DNA of 62,446 nucleotides, filler included, from Sluysia triapertura (Eukaryota), in the NCBI GenBank assembly GCA_046118255.1. It is 4 parts of 4 records of this genome, joined end to end, with 100 filler letters (N's around TTAATTAATTAA, not from the genome) between each part and the next. Parts side by side here need not be neighbours in the genome. Positions count along the whole stretch, not along the records: positions 17,854 to 34,032 come from JBJNIA010209257.1; positions 34,133 to 50,190 come from JBJNIA010211587.1; 2 more parts are not named here. One strand, 5' to 3'. Made by a program: the position numbers and the translations under genes. Positions within the stretch are counted from its first letter, which is position 1. Every line of letters begins with the position of its first letter. The notes under the pieces were generated by a model. That model worked only from the letters and a program-made list of their open reading frames with translations. It was not told the DNA's origin and did not search any database. Shown piece after piece: positions 22,372-37,376 of the stretch.

Positions 22372-25363
22372 GTGTGCGTATATATAATTGTAAACACGGA
22401 ATTTATTAGAATTTTATTGATTTAGAAGTGTAAAAATATTTACAAGTATCAATTATTGCTTTTGCCTACTGCCTGTTCTCAAACTCACGTCCATTTTGAC
22501 CCAGACACTGCTCACACGCCAAGCATTGGAGTCGCACACGTCATGAAACAATTTCCTTGATATTTGACCACATTCATGTTCAATTGCTCCTCTCAATTCA
22601 ACGACTGTTGTAGGTTTATTAGCGCATACTTTGTCTTTTAGATATCCCAATAAGAAAAAATCTAGTGTTGCGAGGCCATGGTGAACGCGGAGGATATTCA
22701 ACAAACCTCTTTGTCCAATTCACCTGTTTAGCAAGAGCTCATCAAGGCAGCACGTAACATCGCGAAGGTAATGTGGGGGTGCTCCATCTTGCTGAAAATA
22801 TAACCCTTCATCTTCAAAGTCAATTCTGATGCTTGGCATAACAGACTGTTGCAGCAAGTTTAAGTAAAATAGACCGGTTACAGTAGCGTCGAAAAAGAAT
22901 GGTACAATTAGTCCTTTTGATGTCAAACCGCACCACACTGTTATTCCCGGTATATTGACATGACGATCGACAGTAACTTGTGAGTTCTCAAGTCCCAATA
23001 AGTACAATTGTAGCGGTTAATGGAACCATTTAATTTGAATGTGGCCTCATCACTCCACACAATTTTTGTTAAAAAAATTTGCTTTTTCTGACAATATTCC
23101 AAATATCACTCGCAATACTGCACTCTTCGGTCTGGATCATCGTCATTAAGAGCGTGAACTAATCTTGGAATATAACTTTTCAATGACAACATTGCGAATT
23201 CATAATGACAATGTTGTGAATTCTGCCTCGTGTCTTTATTTTTATTTAAATTATGTGGGTTATTAAAGTATTTCTTTTAATTTCTGATTTTGTATTTTGA
23301 ACATAAAATTAAATTATTTAATGCATGTATGTTTTTAAAATTACATGGAGTTTAATATTCTTATATAGATTATTTTTACTTGATTTATATGTTTGGGATA
23401 ATAAACGCAATGTTTTATTAATTATTTTTTAGATTATTATTTATTTTTTCCCAATCTTCAAATACAACTATAGTAGGAGAACAGTGTGAGTTGGATGGAT
23501 CTAATTGTATACAGTTATGGTCTCTGACATCTAACAATAATCCTCCTATGATTGTATCGCCGGTACTCGATACAGAATCAAATTTTCTTTACTGGTTCAA
23601 CTTCAACTGTTCTATTCTTTATCAATTTCGAATAGATACATCATATAAATACAAATCACGAAGAATGAGTACTATTCGTAAATTTCGAATACCAAATCAC
23701 AAACCATTAATTTTCAAACAACGTTGTCGACATTTAACATTTTCAAAGAATCGTAATAATTTATTTTATTCAACAAATAATTTACTGCATTTTTGGTTGG
23801 TTAGTTATGTCCTATTTTTAGTATGTATCAATTTATTTATTAGAAAATCGTTATTTTCATTATGCGTAAAATTATGCGTACAACCTAAATTAACATCGTA
23901 TCATTTGCATGTACCTTTGTGGTGATCAGTGGCAAGCCGAAGTCGTCTCCAAACACCACCAATGGTCAAAAGGCACTATACATTGACTAACATTTATTTC
24001 TTTTTCTCTTTTTCTAGAAGCACTTTCACGCTCCCATGACGCCGCGCCCCAAGTCATTTACTCCCTTTGTTCCACCACTGGTGGTGATTCAAAACTTTAG
24101 ATCATTGTAAATATAATAATAAATTCATCAAACATTAAATAATAAATAATCATTTTGCCCTCTCTTTTATACTTTAACATTTTTTCACTCCTCACCATTA
24201 TTGGTTATCTAATATTAATTAAATTATAATTAAACATGTAAATTTTATTTTAAAAATTAATAATATAACTATATATTAATAAAATCAGTATTTATTTAAT
24301 TAAATAAAAAATAAATTTATAATTTAGTTACTTTTTTAATAAAGAACTTGGCAAAAATTTATTTTTATTTTACTGTATTATATTTTATCGGTTTAAATTT
24401 GTTCCAGAAAAATTATCAAATTTAAAACGACATTTTAACAAGATTACAATTAAGTGCTTGTTATTTAGAAATAATGACTTTAGTGAGAATGATGAATTTA
24501 AAGCAATTTAATTTATAATATACATTGCCGAAATCATTTACAACAATTGGAACAATATAATTTGGAACCATTTCACATGCATAGTGTAATGAACAGTTTA
24601 CATTTTGATAAAAATAAATTAGTTTATCGTGAAATGACATTTGATCGACCAAAAGGTTTTTTTATCCAGTTTTAAAATATATACAAATTTGATACTGAGT
24701 ATTGATGATATAGAAAGCGTGTGGAAAAATTTTAAAAATAAACATGTGCCAATTGGAAATTTAATTAGAGTTCAAACATGTGGTTTCAGCACAGTATATC
24801 AAAAAGTCAAGGTATTTATTAATAAATCAATTTCATCAGATGTGAGATGTAGAAATGACAATGAATGATGTGTTAGATCATAATGATGGAAATTCTGAAT
24901 ATAAAAGTTTGGAATTTTTAAAAAAATCTAAAACTTTAATTTTGAGATAAAATTAAAATAGCGCGTAAATGTTAAGAAATCAAAGGTATTTATTGCTATG
25001 TAAGTTAAGATAGTGAAAACCTCATTACTACGTTTAGGAGTTGTATAGTGGCATTTAAAGTTCTTATAGAAATAAATGTTAACTTTGCATGATTTAATGT
25101 CGCACTTGACTTTCGAAGATGTGATTTTAAACATTCATCTTAAGTAACTGCATCTTAAGCATATTATTAATTTATAAAAATGACATTGGTCACAAAACAT
25201 AGCAAAGTTTATAAAAGGATATGCACTAACGTAATGTGGATACGAACTGTCAATAACTTGTGCGACCAAGTTTTTAAGCTCGCTATAACGTAGTGATTTT
25301 AGGAATTAAGGGAACATTACAGCTGTTAAGATAAAGCCATCAATTGTTACATATTTGAAACGT

Positions 25364-25426
<63 letters not shown>

Positions 25427-28400
25427 TATAAGCATAATTGGGTCGTTTACTTCTTCTACTGACAATTTCATATTCGTAAGCTGTAATTTGATGACTTCGT
25501 AGAGTCACTATATTCAAGATACCAATAATTGTTATTAATCCATCATTTTCAACGAGGTTGGCATTAAAATGAACATGTAAAACTATATTATGTAAACATT
25601 CTTCAGAAACATGGATACTTTCAACATTTTCAAATTCATTTAAAATCTTCAAATAATTTCAATTTCCTTTTATCTACATGTATGTAAGAATTTATCTTAT
25701 GTCACCTTGTTATTTCTGATAAATCTTTAATTGATTTCGACATAACACCTGAAAAACTTTTCGAAATTAACCAGTCATTGTTGGAAAAATTGATCAGAAC
25801 GACTTAGCAATCCGCTTTTTAATTTTTTTGTATCGATTTTACGAAATATGTTGTCTTAGGTAAAGTTCAGCAACTGATAACATAGGAAATAAAGAAACAA
25901 TGTATCAATTCATTGATTTTCCATTCGGATGATATTCTAAAGATTAATTAATCTTGCAGTATAATAATTCATACATACATATTTGCATACGTCATATTGT
26001 TCATAATCACATACATTATTGCTCACCATTGGAATTTCGAAATAATATTCGAAATTCACTAGTTTACAAGTGGGTTGTGTAAAAAATGGATATAATTATA
26101 AGGTTAAAGATTATAATGATTAAATAGTTATAATAGTAAGTAATTAGTAATATTAATAATAATAAAATAATTAGTAATAATAATAATAGTATTATTATTA
26201 TTGTAAAAAATTTATCAATTAGTTTAAGTTGTTATTTATAAGAATTGAATTTCTTTAAAGGCTATTCTTATGTTTTATGGATTTTATTTTATACTAATTA
26301 ATATAAGTTTCTTTATGGATTTTTGTTCTTAATAATAATCTAGATATTCTCTCTTTGTTCTAATTTTAATTATGACTTTTCATGAATACAAAATTTAAAA
26401 CTCTTTAATGTAAAAATTACGAAATGTTATTACTCTTTGTAATATTTTTGTAATGGCTTCTTAACTTTTACTAATACGAACTATTAGTTTTCAATGATAA
26501 TCTAAATATCTTTACTTAAGTTATTATTATTCTTCAATAACAGCTTAAAAGTTTCTTTATTAATAAACGCACTGTACGTTTTTTGTGATGCAGAACCCGA
26601 AAATTTTATGAATAACAAAGTTCCTAAAGATCATAAGTCGCATAGTATGAATTTTATTGCATTAAAATTGTGTTATTCAAAGACATTAAGTGTTATCATA
26701 GTTTGAATTTATACATTAAAAATTTCTTAAGTTTTCTAAAGCCTTTTTCTGTTTAAATAAACTGCAGCGATTCGGGTTTTGGTCATTTTGCCTTTTAGAT
26801 TGATGTTTTCGAATAATCTCTTTCTAATTTTAAACATTATTTATAACTAATTATAACTAAAGGAAAACTTCAAGTTAACCGATATCTATGTAGACCTGAC
26901 TTCTTTTATAATATTTGAATGAAGATAAAGTGCGATAATATGGAGTTCACACAGTGTTCTCATTTACCTAGACTACATTAAACATGTATTGTTTTCATGT
27001 ACTATGAAATTGTTATAGTATTCATATAAAATACGAAGCTTTATTTGAAAACGAAAACCGTATTTTAATAAATTTTTCAATAAATTTTAATAAATTTTAA
27101 TTTTGAATTAAAGTATTAACGATTCTGACTTTAGAAAATTATTTTAAAATTAGTATTTTTTAAAAATTATTAAAATAAATCAAATTCAAAAGCAAACTTA
27201 ACAAATGTCGTTGCTGAGAAACTTTTAGGACAAATTTGCGTCATCTAAACTAAATTGATGATATTTCGATTGTTCCTTGTTTCAATTTGTTATTCAATTC
27301 AAGCAATTCATGATAAACTGCTTGCATTATGTTTGGACTTAAATTTGTTCCTTTATGACCTTTTTTTGCTAAAATATTTTCCAAATCTCTAATTATTTTT
27401 TTTGGTCGGAGCTTTATATCAGGTCTTGAAAATTTTTTTTATCAAAAACTTATATTCTACGAAAAACTACGAAACTTCACCTATAAAAAATTTTTTTAAT
27501 GACAGTTAACTTTCAAGGCAAAGCTGCTTCTTAATTTTTGAAAAAAATCAAAATCGGACATTTATTTTTGGACGGAGGGAGTATCGTATTGCTTCGCTTT
27601 AAATTACTTAATATTGTAACCAAATTATTTATTTTAATTTAGTGAATAAATTTTTTTCTACTAAATATTGTCCACACATGTTATTGACTAAATAGACGAA
27701 AGTTCCTTGTGATTAATCGTTCGCGATTAAGTGGGTGATTTTATTTTATTTTTAGTTTTAATTAAAATTTAGTTAGTATTAAAAATAAATACTGTGCAAC
27801 TGATATGCGCAAATGCAAATTATTTTAAAAGAACAGTCTAACAAATATTTTATGGGAACAGTTTAAATAATTAGACATTTTATATCCAAATAGTTAAATA
27901 TTATATTGATAAATATTTTCAGAGTAATCCAAATATTTTATAAACATATAATTTATAATTTAATAAATATTCTCATAATATTGTAAAGAAATAATCATTG
28001 TACATAAAATACATGCTTTATCAAAGTAATTAATTATGTAACATGTTGGTAGTCAGGTCTAGGTTAATTGTTAGAATTTGAATTTAAAAAAAATGTAGAA
28101 AGAACTTTTATAAGTGTGTCAATGAAATATATCCACTGGTACTGGGACAAATGATTAAAATTAAATTTTTACTACAAAAATAAGATTTAATTTCTCATTT
28201 TATTGTTATTACATTTTTATATAACATTATCTTAAATGTTTATGATGTAAATAATTTAAATTTACCAAAGTGTGAATAAGCACTTTTTGATAAATTTCAT
28301 TGAATTTTAGAATCACGAAGTGAAAAGTGGTTTTGGAATATAAATAAATAGATTTTCTAATGAATATATTTTAATTTTATTATGAATTTTATTATTATTA

Positions 28401-29096
28401 TTATTAACTTTAATGTGAATATAATTTTAATTATTTAATTATGTCCAGTATCACTGAACATTAACATATATTCATTACTTATTTCGTTCTAAAAATTATC
28501 CGGGACCTGGCTGGCAGCAGCATTCTAATAAAATCTGTGAATCGCAAAAAGTTAAATATTTCAAAATAAAAATATATTTATTATTTATTATAAAATAAAA
28601 TAAAATTATTATTTATTATAGAACGATGGTAATTTGTATCAATTGAATATGAATAAATTCAACAATTATCGATCTAGACAACCTTACATAACAATTCTAC
28701 TATCTCATTTCTTTAAAATCACTCCAAGACAATCGCCATACATTCGTCAATCGTATGAATCGGGTGAATATAGACAATATACAAATCTCGATAATATTAT
28801 GTCAAATTTTCTATCAATTTCCAACATTTTGATAGTGGTTCCAGGTATAGTTAAACATACTGATAACACCAAAAACAATGATTTGAAGACATTAAAATCT
28901 GAAGTTTTTGTTTCAAATATTGCTACTTTATTTCAATCAGAAAATGGATCAAATCAATATTTTATTTCGTGTCCTAGAAATAGTAAACATACAAAAGTAC
29001 TTTGTCAACAATTATGTTTACCAACTTCAAAATCTATGTGCGCTTGTTCTTCTAAATTTCTTGGTTCAACTCCTGACAACAAAGGATATTGTCATC
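18800..29096 (+). CDS. LDL-receptor-related (LRP-like) gene, partial; exons 18800-19557, 23433-23799, 28622-29096
   Basis: EGF-like modules (NCDQLCFP; [17 protein letters not shown]...GYCH), degenerate YWTD propeller repeats ([29 protein letters not shown]); GT-AG junctions are phase-compatible (2, then 0). Confidence 0.8.
21219..21323 (-). pseudogene. RPL8: Short ribosomal protein L8 (uL2) fragment with an internal deletion
   Basis: [32 protein letters not shown] vs RPL8 [40 protein letters not shown]. Confidence 0.6.
21578..21650 (+). repeat. About 70-bp dispersed repeat; second copy at about 24149-24220
   Basis: atcattttgcYcYctcttttaYactttaacattttttcactcWtcacYattattRRttatctaatatta occurs at both sites. 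Confidence 0.75.
22385..23230 (-). mobile_element. Tc1/mariner DD41D (rosa-type) transposase remnant
   Basis: [25 protein letters not shown]...[34 protein letters not shown]; reconstructed D-D spacing about 41; stops and frameshifts. Confidence 0.88.
23927..24080. mobile_element. 154-bp hAT MITE with a perfect 8-bp TSD
   Basis: GTGGTGAT|CAGTGG...CCACTG|GTGGTGAT. Confidence 0.88.
25366..25426. repeat. (AT)n(GT)n microsatellite
   Basis: Direct reading. Confidence 0.95.
27210..27581 (-). mobile_element. Plant-type mariner (DD39D/Stowaway-like) 5' end with transposase N-terminal remnant
   Basis: Reverse complement TA|CTCCCTCCGTCCAAAAATAAATGTCC is a Stowaway-type TIR; followed by [29 protein letters not shown], resembling the N-terminus of plant mariner transposases. 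Confidence 0.7.
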
Positions 29097-32000
29097 GTAC
29101 GTTTTTAATTTTGAATGACGTATAAATTAATTAAAGTATTAAATCGTTATTTTATTAGTTTAATTTATTTTTATATAAATTGTTTTCTGGGAAGAAAAAG
29201 TAATGCTTTTTATCGCCTATTAAACTAATTATACATAAGTTTAGCACGAATTATTTTCAAAAAATAATCTATTACAATTAAAATCGAATATAAAATTTCA
29301 GTAGTGAATTATTAAATTCGTACAAATTATCCAAAACTAAATTGTAATACTAAGCTTGATTATATTTTCAATAAATATTTTTATCTTGATTAACTCTTCA
29401 ATAAATGTTTCGAGTTTTATTAGACACTTCCATAAATATCGAATGCAATTGTTAAACTTCAAGTATTAATTTGACTTAGTTTATATTTAAATAATATAAC
29501 TCAAATTATTTGAAAACTCGAAATAAATATATGGTATCGTCAATACATTATTCGTTAAGTTAAATTATAAGAATAAATGTATAATTTCTTGAGTAATTTA
29601 GAACTTGTTTCTGAATCCCAAAATAAAATCAACAAAACCTAAATTTTAAGGTTTATTCTATTACAAATAATTTTATACGAGATATATGAATATTAATTTA
29701 AACAAGCTTTCATTAATAAATCTCAAACACCCTTCGATTCATCTAAAATGCTAACTTTGATATGAATTATTCATATAACAATATATAAAATTCCTAAGAT
29801 CCTAAATATTATTGTTTCTGTCTTAATTTAAATTGTATAAATATTCTCAGTGGACCACGTTTTATTTTTAAAATAGAAGTAATATATAGCTTGTAATAAC
29901 TTTTTTGGACTACATGCATTTTGCAGATTTTACTACTCATAATATTTCTATTATTTTTATTTTATTTTAATTCTTGAAAATATTTTATTGAAATTTGAGT
30001 CTTACATTGATAAATTTAAATTTATCTTTACAAATAGAAATTATTTTTTTAATTTTAGTCAAAATAATTAATTTATTAAATAAATTTATAAATTCAGTTT
30101 TAATTTTAAACTTGTGAAATTATCTTTAATCCTTAAGATCATTGTTTTAGTGGCCCTCGTTCCTTCAAATAAATAACTAAACCAAATATCAATTATAAAA
30201 CAAAGTATCAAAAGAGACTTTATAAAAAATACATCGATAACAAATATTTTGCATTACTTCTAATAATCCAGCATAATAAAAACAACCATCTTCAAACTAT
30301 GCAAGATAGCATTCATAAAGTGTTTGGTTAATAATCTGTTTTAAATTTTGTACTAATACAGCTAAATAAATATGCTGAACTAGATAACTGTAATGTTGCG
30401 ATTGAAGAAAATTGTGACTCCTGTCCTTATCTATAATGCAGAATAAAATGTCTTTTGTTTGTATTATTTTGATGCTTCAACTTTAATACTATTTAAATTA
30501 ACGGACTTATAGTAACTAAAACTTTTAAAATTATACATAACTAGTATATATTATAACATAGTTTACTTCGTATAGTAACTTTCTGTTGCAAATAAAACAG
30601 GTTTTATCTTTTATATAACTTATATTACTCATAGCTATAATTAAAGGAAATGACGTATTATAATAACCAAATTAACTTCTACTTTGAAAAATCACAAATT
30701 ATGTTTTACAACCAACCTAAATGTGTAGTATCAACTTCACGAATTCGATGACTTTTAAACTCGACTCGATATCAACATTTAAATTTACATTTATTGAAAT
30801 ATAACTAAAAGCCACTATTACTTTCCTCATAATTGTTAAATTTGTAATTAAATTTTCATTTAGGAATAATAGCTCCTTTGAGAGCTTTTAAAATTTTTGA
30901 AAATTTGCCAATAATATGTTAAAGAAAAATCTGGATATGATCAAAGACCTTAAAAGTCATATAGATTTAAATTAAAAAAATTAAAATCTTATGATACAAT
31001 AATTAAAGCAAAAGTAATATTAAAAATTACAAGAATTATGTTCGGGAACTTATTGAAAAAGATAGTAATTGAACTTATAACTACTGCACATAATTACAAA
31101 ACGTTTAATTAATTATTTCAAAAAGTGTTCTTCGGTCTGTACTTCAAAAAAATGTTAAATCACTGATAAATCAATATTAAAACAATGTTGAAATTAATAT
31201 CAATATTAAAATATTTTCAACTATGAAATATTTACAGCTAATCAACCAATGAAAAATGTTAAAATTATAACTCTGCTAATTCTCTTCGTGATTTATAGTG
31301 CTTTTTATGTTCATTAGTCCTCGTTTACCATTTGTTTTATTTAAATGCCAGATTTTTAGCTCATTTGCTTTATATTTTCATTCTTTTTATTTTAAATTTG
31401 ATTTTTCTACTCGGTGTTTTATTACTTGAGTGTAATTTTTCGTACGAATATTGCCTTAATATATTTGTCAATTAAGAAATAGTAAAGGTTAATTACTCTT
31501 GCCCTTGGGTTCATACAATTTATCTAGATGTAGAAATGAAATAAATTTTAGTATTATTAAGTGCACATACATTTTCACAAATTACACATAAATACAATAA
31601 ATCGATACAATATTTATACAACTAATTATATACACTGGCGAGAAACATTCTTTTTACTTCGATTTTATCGAAATTGTATTTTATATTTATTAGTTTAATA
31701 ATGGAATTTCAAACTTAAATTAAAATGTTTATATTAATAAATAGCTGTGATATCATTTTAAGCATATGTTTTATTAGAGCCATTCAACATATTACTTTAC
31801 TTTGCTTCTTGAACATGTTAATTGAACTTGGAGAGTTATCAGGATGTCGCTCATGCTTTAAACTTTGAAATTAATATTAAAATTACAAGTATATTATAGG
31901 CTCTTCTATTACAAAATAAATGTGTTAGTGCATTCCTACACAACATATGTAAAATATTTAATTTATCAGCAAAAGTGCAAGATATCCTTGCCAAAACCAT

Positions 32001-32901
32001 TATCTAATAGCTATTGAAAATATATTAACATAAATTCAGCTTAATGTAATAAAAATAATTTATTATTTAAATATAAATTACTTGAAGTTGTAATAAAAAC
32101 TTATTACTTTAAAATGTAATAATATAAATTATATTTTACATGGATGGATATTTCAGTAATATCGAAATTGTGTTTGGGAGCTTTGGTGAAAGAGAATTTA
32201 AAGATTTCTTAAAGATTTATGAGTGGGGTTTTATTACCTAACCAATAAATTAGAATTATTACAAGTCCACTTGAGATTCTATACTGATGGGCTACTTCGT
32301 AGGATTTAAAAAATGTTTCAAGTAAATTTAACTAATGGAGGCCGCACTGCTTTGGTAAATGTTTTAGCTTATTAATGAATTTTATTGTGCTAAGCAACTA
32401 TGAAACAGGTTTCGACTATAGTGTTAAATAATTTAGCTTTAATAGTAGTTAATGAAGATCTTACAAAAACGATATTTTGCACTGCTTATGGTTATAATCC
32501 AAAAATTACAAATTGATTCAGTTTCCGCTTTAAAGAAAGAAAGATACTCTACATAAAATAAAAGATTTTATGAGTCGGTCTTAAAAACCGAAAAATTTCG
32601 AATAGTATTTATTTTAAATATATTGATGCCATACAATTTAGAATGTAGTTTATCTACGATCCATATTAAAAAGATCGGATGAAAAATAAAATTTATGAAA
32701 CTTTGCTTATTCAAATACTTTATAAAATTATCTACTCTTATTACATATTTTATGCTTAGTTAATAATCAACTAATGTGAACTTTAAAGCAAACAACCTTA
32801 TTGGTTTTAAACGATAAAGATAGATTCGACCTAAAGGAATTTCAAAAACTTCGTTATTAATCAAAATAATAATATTGCAAATTTATAAATCAACGTTAGT
32901 A

Positions 32902-32980
32902 CAGTACCTTCTCTCTTATCCGCCAAAAACGGGACCATGAAAAAGGTGGCGTATTATAGAAAATGGCGGCTTTTAGAGTA
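32902..32980 (+). mobile_element. pogo/Tigger-like MITE terminus
   Basis: TA|CAGTACCTTCTCTCTTATCCGCCA with downstream inverted TGGCG(G/T) motifs. Confidence 0.4.
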
Positions 32981-33985
32981 AAAAATAATAAAATTATTTA
33001 AAAAACTAGTAAAACAATTTTTGTATTATCCAAAGTTATATTAAGGTTTCGACAATTTAAATTTGCCTCTCTTGTTTTTCCTTATGTCACAAATCGTCCT
33101 TCTTGATACGATTTTCTTTAATTTATATGAAAAATACTCTTGAACACACGGCTATCTGTTATGTTTCGATTTTCTTCACAGTATTTGATTTTTTCAAATT
33201 TTTTTTATTTTGCTCATCTAAAAGGAAATATTTAATACAAAAATAGCAAAAATTATAAACAAAAATAATTAATAAAATATATTATTAAACCAAATTACAC
33301 TTATATTAATTTTTGCAAAAAGTAGTTACTGTATGACAATAGAATTTATTCGTTAATTACAATAAAAATATTAGAACAAATCAAAACAATTTACAAATAA
33401 ATTTTTACATTTCAACAACAAATAAGTACAAATCAAACCAACTTTAAGTAATTATAAATAGAAAAAATTACGAAGTTTATTACGTGTTAATATTAATACT
33501 AATGCACAATTGCAATTTATGTGGTTTAATAGTATAATTTAATATATTGGTGTTCAATTTAATAATAATATCAAATAATATTACTTTATAAGATTAAAAT
33601 TATTAATCTTTACTCAGTAAAATGACCACATTAAAACGTCTTTTATAGTATTAAATGAAAATTTACGTTAATTTTAAATACAGTTTAAAATGTGATACTT
33701 GAAAAATTACAAACTAACGATTAATACAAAATTTCGATGTTCAAAATTGTGTTACTTTTTCCTAAAGATGAATTGTCTAATAATTTTTCCTTTCCAAAAA
33801 CGTAAACGTTAAAATAATGTAGTTTAAAGATTAATCTTTATAATTAACTCTGTAGTTATTAATATGATAAAATGATTAAATATATCGCGACATTTATGTA
33901 AAATTTTTAACGATTGTTTTTCTTTATATGTATATAAACTTAAAAGTATGTTTGATTGTTATTATTATTATTATTGTTATTATTA

Positions 33986-34032
33986 CTGTTAGACTTCGTA
34001 AAATGGACTGACCGGGGATCGAACCCGGGACC
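33986..34032 (-). repeat. tRNA-Ala-derived repeat, copy 2 (3' half, cut by the contig end)
   Basis: Reverse complement GGTCCCGGGTTCGATCCCCGGTCAGTCCATTTTACGAAGTCTAACAG, then an (AAT)n tail. Confidence 0.85.
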
Positions 34033-34132
34033 NNNNNNNNNNNNNNNNNNNNNNNNNNNNNNNNNNNNNNNNNNNNTTAATTAATTAANNNNNNNNNNNN
34101 NNNNNNNNNNNNNNNNNNNNNNNNNNNNNNNN
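34033..34132. other. Artificial contig linker
   Basis: 44 N + TTAATTAATTAA + 44 N. Confidence 0.97.
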
Positions 34133-34328
34133 AAATCAGATTTCTATGTTTTGTACCTAATAAAGTTTGACAGACCGTACCATGTAGTTGTCAAAGTTGT
34201 TATTGTCGGCTTGATTCTCAAAGAGGTTTGGATGATTTGTGTGAGAGAATGTTTGGTTGTGAGATTGTGAACTGATTGGATGATCAGAGAGTATAAAATA
34301 AAGATTGAGAAAGTAGTGATTTTCTAAA
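34133..34328 (-). repeat. LTR-like repeat family C, 5' part
   Basis: Aligns with 40350-40500 (acctaatRaagtttgacaga, tcaaagaggttt, ggatgatSagaRagtataaaataaa); minus strand begins TTTAGAAAATCA, like the TGTAGAGAAATCA start of family A. Confidence 0.75.
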
Positions 34329-35807
34329 ATAAACAACGATAAATTTTACTGAGTTTATGCTGTTTTAATTCTCTAAATATATTATCAAAAATACAAATAA
34401 ATATATAACAATTATGATGTAAAATTTAAAGTTTAATAAATTAGTGTGAACTTAATTTTTCGAGTACTATTTAATAATTAATTAATAATATTTTAATAGA
34501 ATTTTATTAGCTATATAAAAGTAGCTATTGAAAAAATGGATTCAAAATTTTCAGTGGATTGTAAAACATTAATGATGTACTCTCAGAAATACTTTAATTA
34601 TTATTATTATGTTATATTTCAATTTTTTTTACTATTTTAATTAATTAATTAATAATAATAATAATTGAGATAGCATAATTAATTCAATTAAAAATTTCAT
34701 TATATAAATTACAATTGAACCCATTTAAGCTGATAAAAACATAATTCGGACAAAAACGGAAAATGTCACTAAAACTGACAAATGACGATATTTTTTTAAT
34801 ATTAATAGATTTATTTCTGATTTTTTTTGTAAATTAAATTTTCTTAGATTTATCAATTTAATCTATAATTAGTGATTCAATAAATCATATTTTTCTACAG
34901 TTTGAGTTTGTCTTTGCTTTTCTTTTCTATTTTGTTTTATAAATAATACATAAATCATCGTCAAAAAGGCCAAATTTGTTTATCGTTATTATTAAAAATA
35001 TATTTTGTGAATATTTGCAAAAATAAATTTATTTTATCTAACGCCTTTGTTTATCTATTTATAAAATTTTTATATTTTATTGATAAAACTGGAAATTTAT
35101 TATTAATTAGAACATCATTTAATTTAATTATTGTTCTATCAAGTCTATGAAAATACAATATTCCAAGTTCGTAAAAATATAACAGTAATACTAAACTAAA
35201 TTATAACTCAAAAAAATGATCGAAACATTATTAAAATTTAATTAATTTAAGAAAGCAAATTTTAAAATAAAATTCATTTATTTTCATCTTAAAATGGTCG
35301 ATTTAATATTGATTATTTAAAATATTAAAATAAAAATTAAATAAAACGTAGTTTTATGTGAAAAAATTGTCTTATCATTTTTAACAACTCAAACTGTGAT
35401 ACTTCCTGCTTTTTTAAGAAAAATATTCAAGGTTAGATTTTGATTTTTTTATTCGGATATACATTATCCGTGTCTTTTAATTGGCCCTCATTATCATCAA
35501 TTTCAAGTATGTCAATCATACTTGTTTTCATTTCCATTTATCTAGCTGCGTTTTATAAACATTGATTTTGTCGACTAAGTGGAGTTATTTTCAATTTTAA
35601 TTTATTTATAATGATAATGATAATATTTTACATTTTTCGTTAAAAAAACATATATTATTTGTCATAGAATAAATATTTTGATAACTGCCATTATCGAAGT
35701 TAGACTGGTGGTCCTAAAAATTAATATAATAATGATGCAAGAACAGTTCTACAAAAAAGTTACGTGCTTTAATTAGACACTTGACAATAATTAAAATCAT
35801 ACAATTT

Positions 35808-36175
35808 ATAATAATAATATATTAATTTACATTGCGCTCATATCTACTACAGAGTAAGTACTCAGAAGCGCTTAAAATAAATCATTCATTATAATATTTC
35901 TGAAACAGAAACAACTTTGCCTTTGACATTCTCTAGTAGTACAGGTTGTATATTTTTGAAACATAAACGGTATACAACCTATCACCTAGATCTTGTTATC
36001 ACTGTGGATTCTGAGGTATATTCATCTTGGTTTCCAAATTTTTCATTATTTCTAAAAGAAATTCAGGACTTCCATAATGTAATCATTTGTAAATTATTGT
36101 CATTATTTTGAATTCTATTCTTGCTTTTATTGGCAACCAATGTAATTCCTTAAGATAAGGTGTCACATCGATTTA
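35808..36175 (-). mobile_element. L2/CR1-group LINE 3' fragment
   Basis: DVTPYLKELHWLPIKARIEFKIMTIIYK*LHYGSPEFL (LHWLP motif), then 3' stem-loop AAGCGCTTCTGAG...GAGCGCAATGTAAAT and a TTA tail. Confidence 0.82.
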
Positions 36176-37376
36176 AGCAACAATTAAATCGATTATTTAA
36201 GCAAATTTTGTTTCAATTATGAAAAATATTAATTTTGAGTAGAAAATTTTTATAATATCAAATAATCAAAATGTTTTGTGCTTTTTATAACAACCTGGAT
36301 GACCTGTTATAACCTGTCCCAGTGATACATATTGAAATATAAAGTATAACTTACATCACACTGATATTTGATCTCCTGCACCAGTTCCTCCTGAATTTAA
36401 AACAAATAATACATCGATTATCAATTATAATTTACAATATTATATTTTATTCGTTATATGTTAGAACTTACAATAGAATATATTTTATTTTCTTGCTGTT
36501 GCATTTATTGAGTTATTAATCTTTTTAGAAACTAATATTTGATTTAGGTTTGCTATTTCCATCTTGATTAACTGTAGTATTTTGTTTGTTCGACTTGCTT
36601 ATCTGATTTTCTAGTCATTTCATAACACATTTCAACTTATGGAATCCATTGTTTTCATTTATTTATATCTTTAGTATAACGTAATTCCCTCCAATGACAA
36701 TTTAGAGTCACTGATACTAACAAGTTCTTAATTCCTTGGATCAAAACAGAACTAAACTTAAATTAAATATCAAAAACGACAAATGTAATTTCTTCTTTTA
36801 TGTCATTTTATTCTTTTCCTTCTGCGAATAGTAGCGTAATCGTATTGATTTTGTTCAGCGCGCGCTTCTTAACCCTCATTCTTACAAATGCAGCTAAGGA
36901 CTTTAGTTTTAAACGAACGTATCTTTGTTATTAAGAATTACTATGCATGTTGAAGAAAGATGGAAAGCAAACTTATGTACCGAGTAAGTCAACAATGCTC
37001 AATATTGTACCCAAATTTGAACTGGAAGTGTCAAAAATAGCATTTGTTCACTATCCACAAGGCATCGAAAGAATTGAACATTTCTCGAACCTCACTCCAC
37101 TGTATCTTGGACTAAAACCATGCTCTAAATAAGGCTGACTCGAATAAATCACCAAAATTTCCAAATTCCGGAAGAAACTTACCAGAAAGTATGTCGTAGT
37201 GTTATCAAAAGATGTCGTCCTTTTATTGAAGTTCAAGGTGGACATTTTGAACGTTTGTAAATACTGAATATACCTATTAAATTTGTCGTTTGTACCTAAT
37301 TTTTATTTAAGTCGTGGCCTTAACTTTAGAACTAATACTTAAATACAAACAAATCCAGATGCACTTAATTTCTAAC

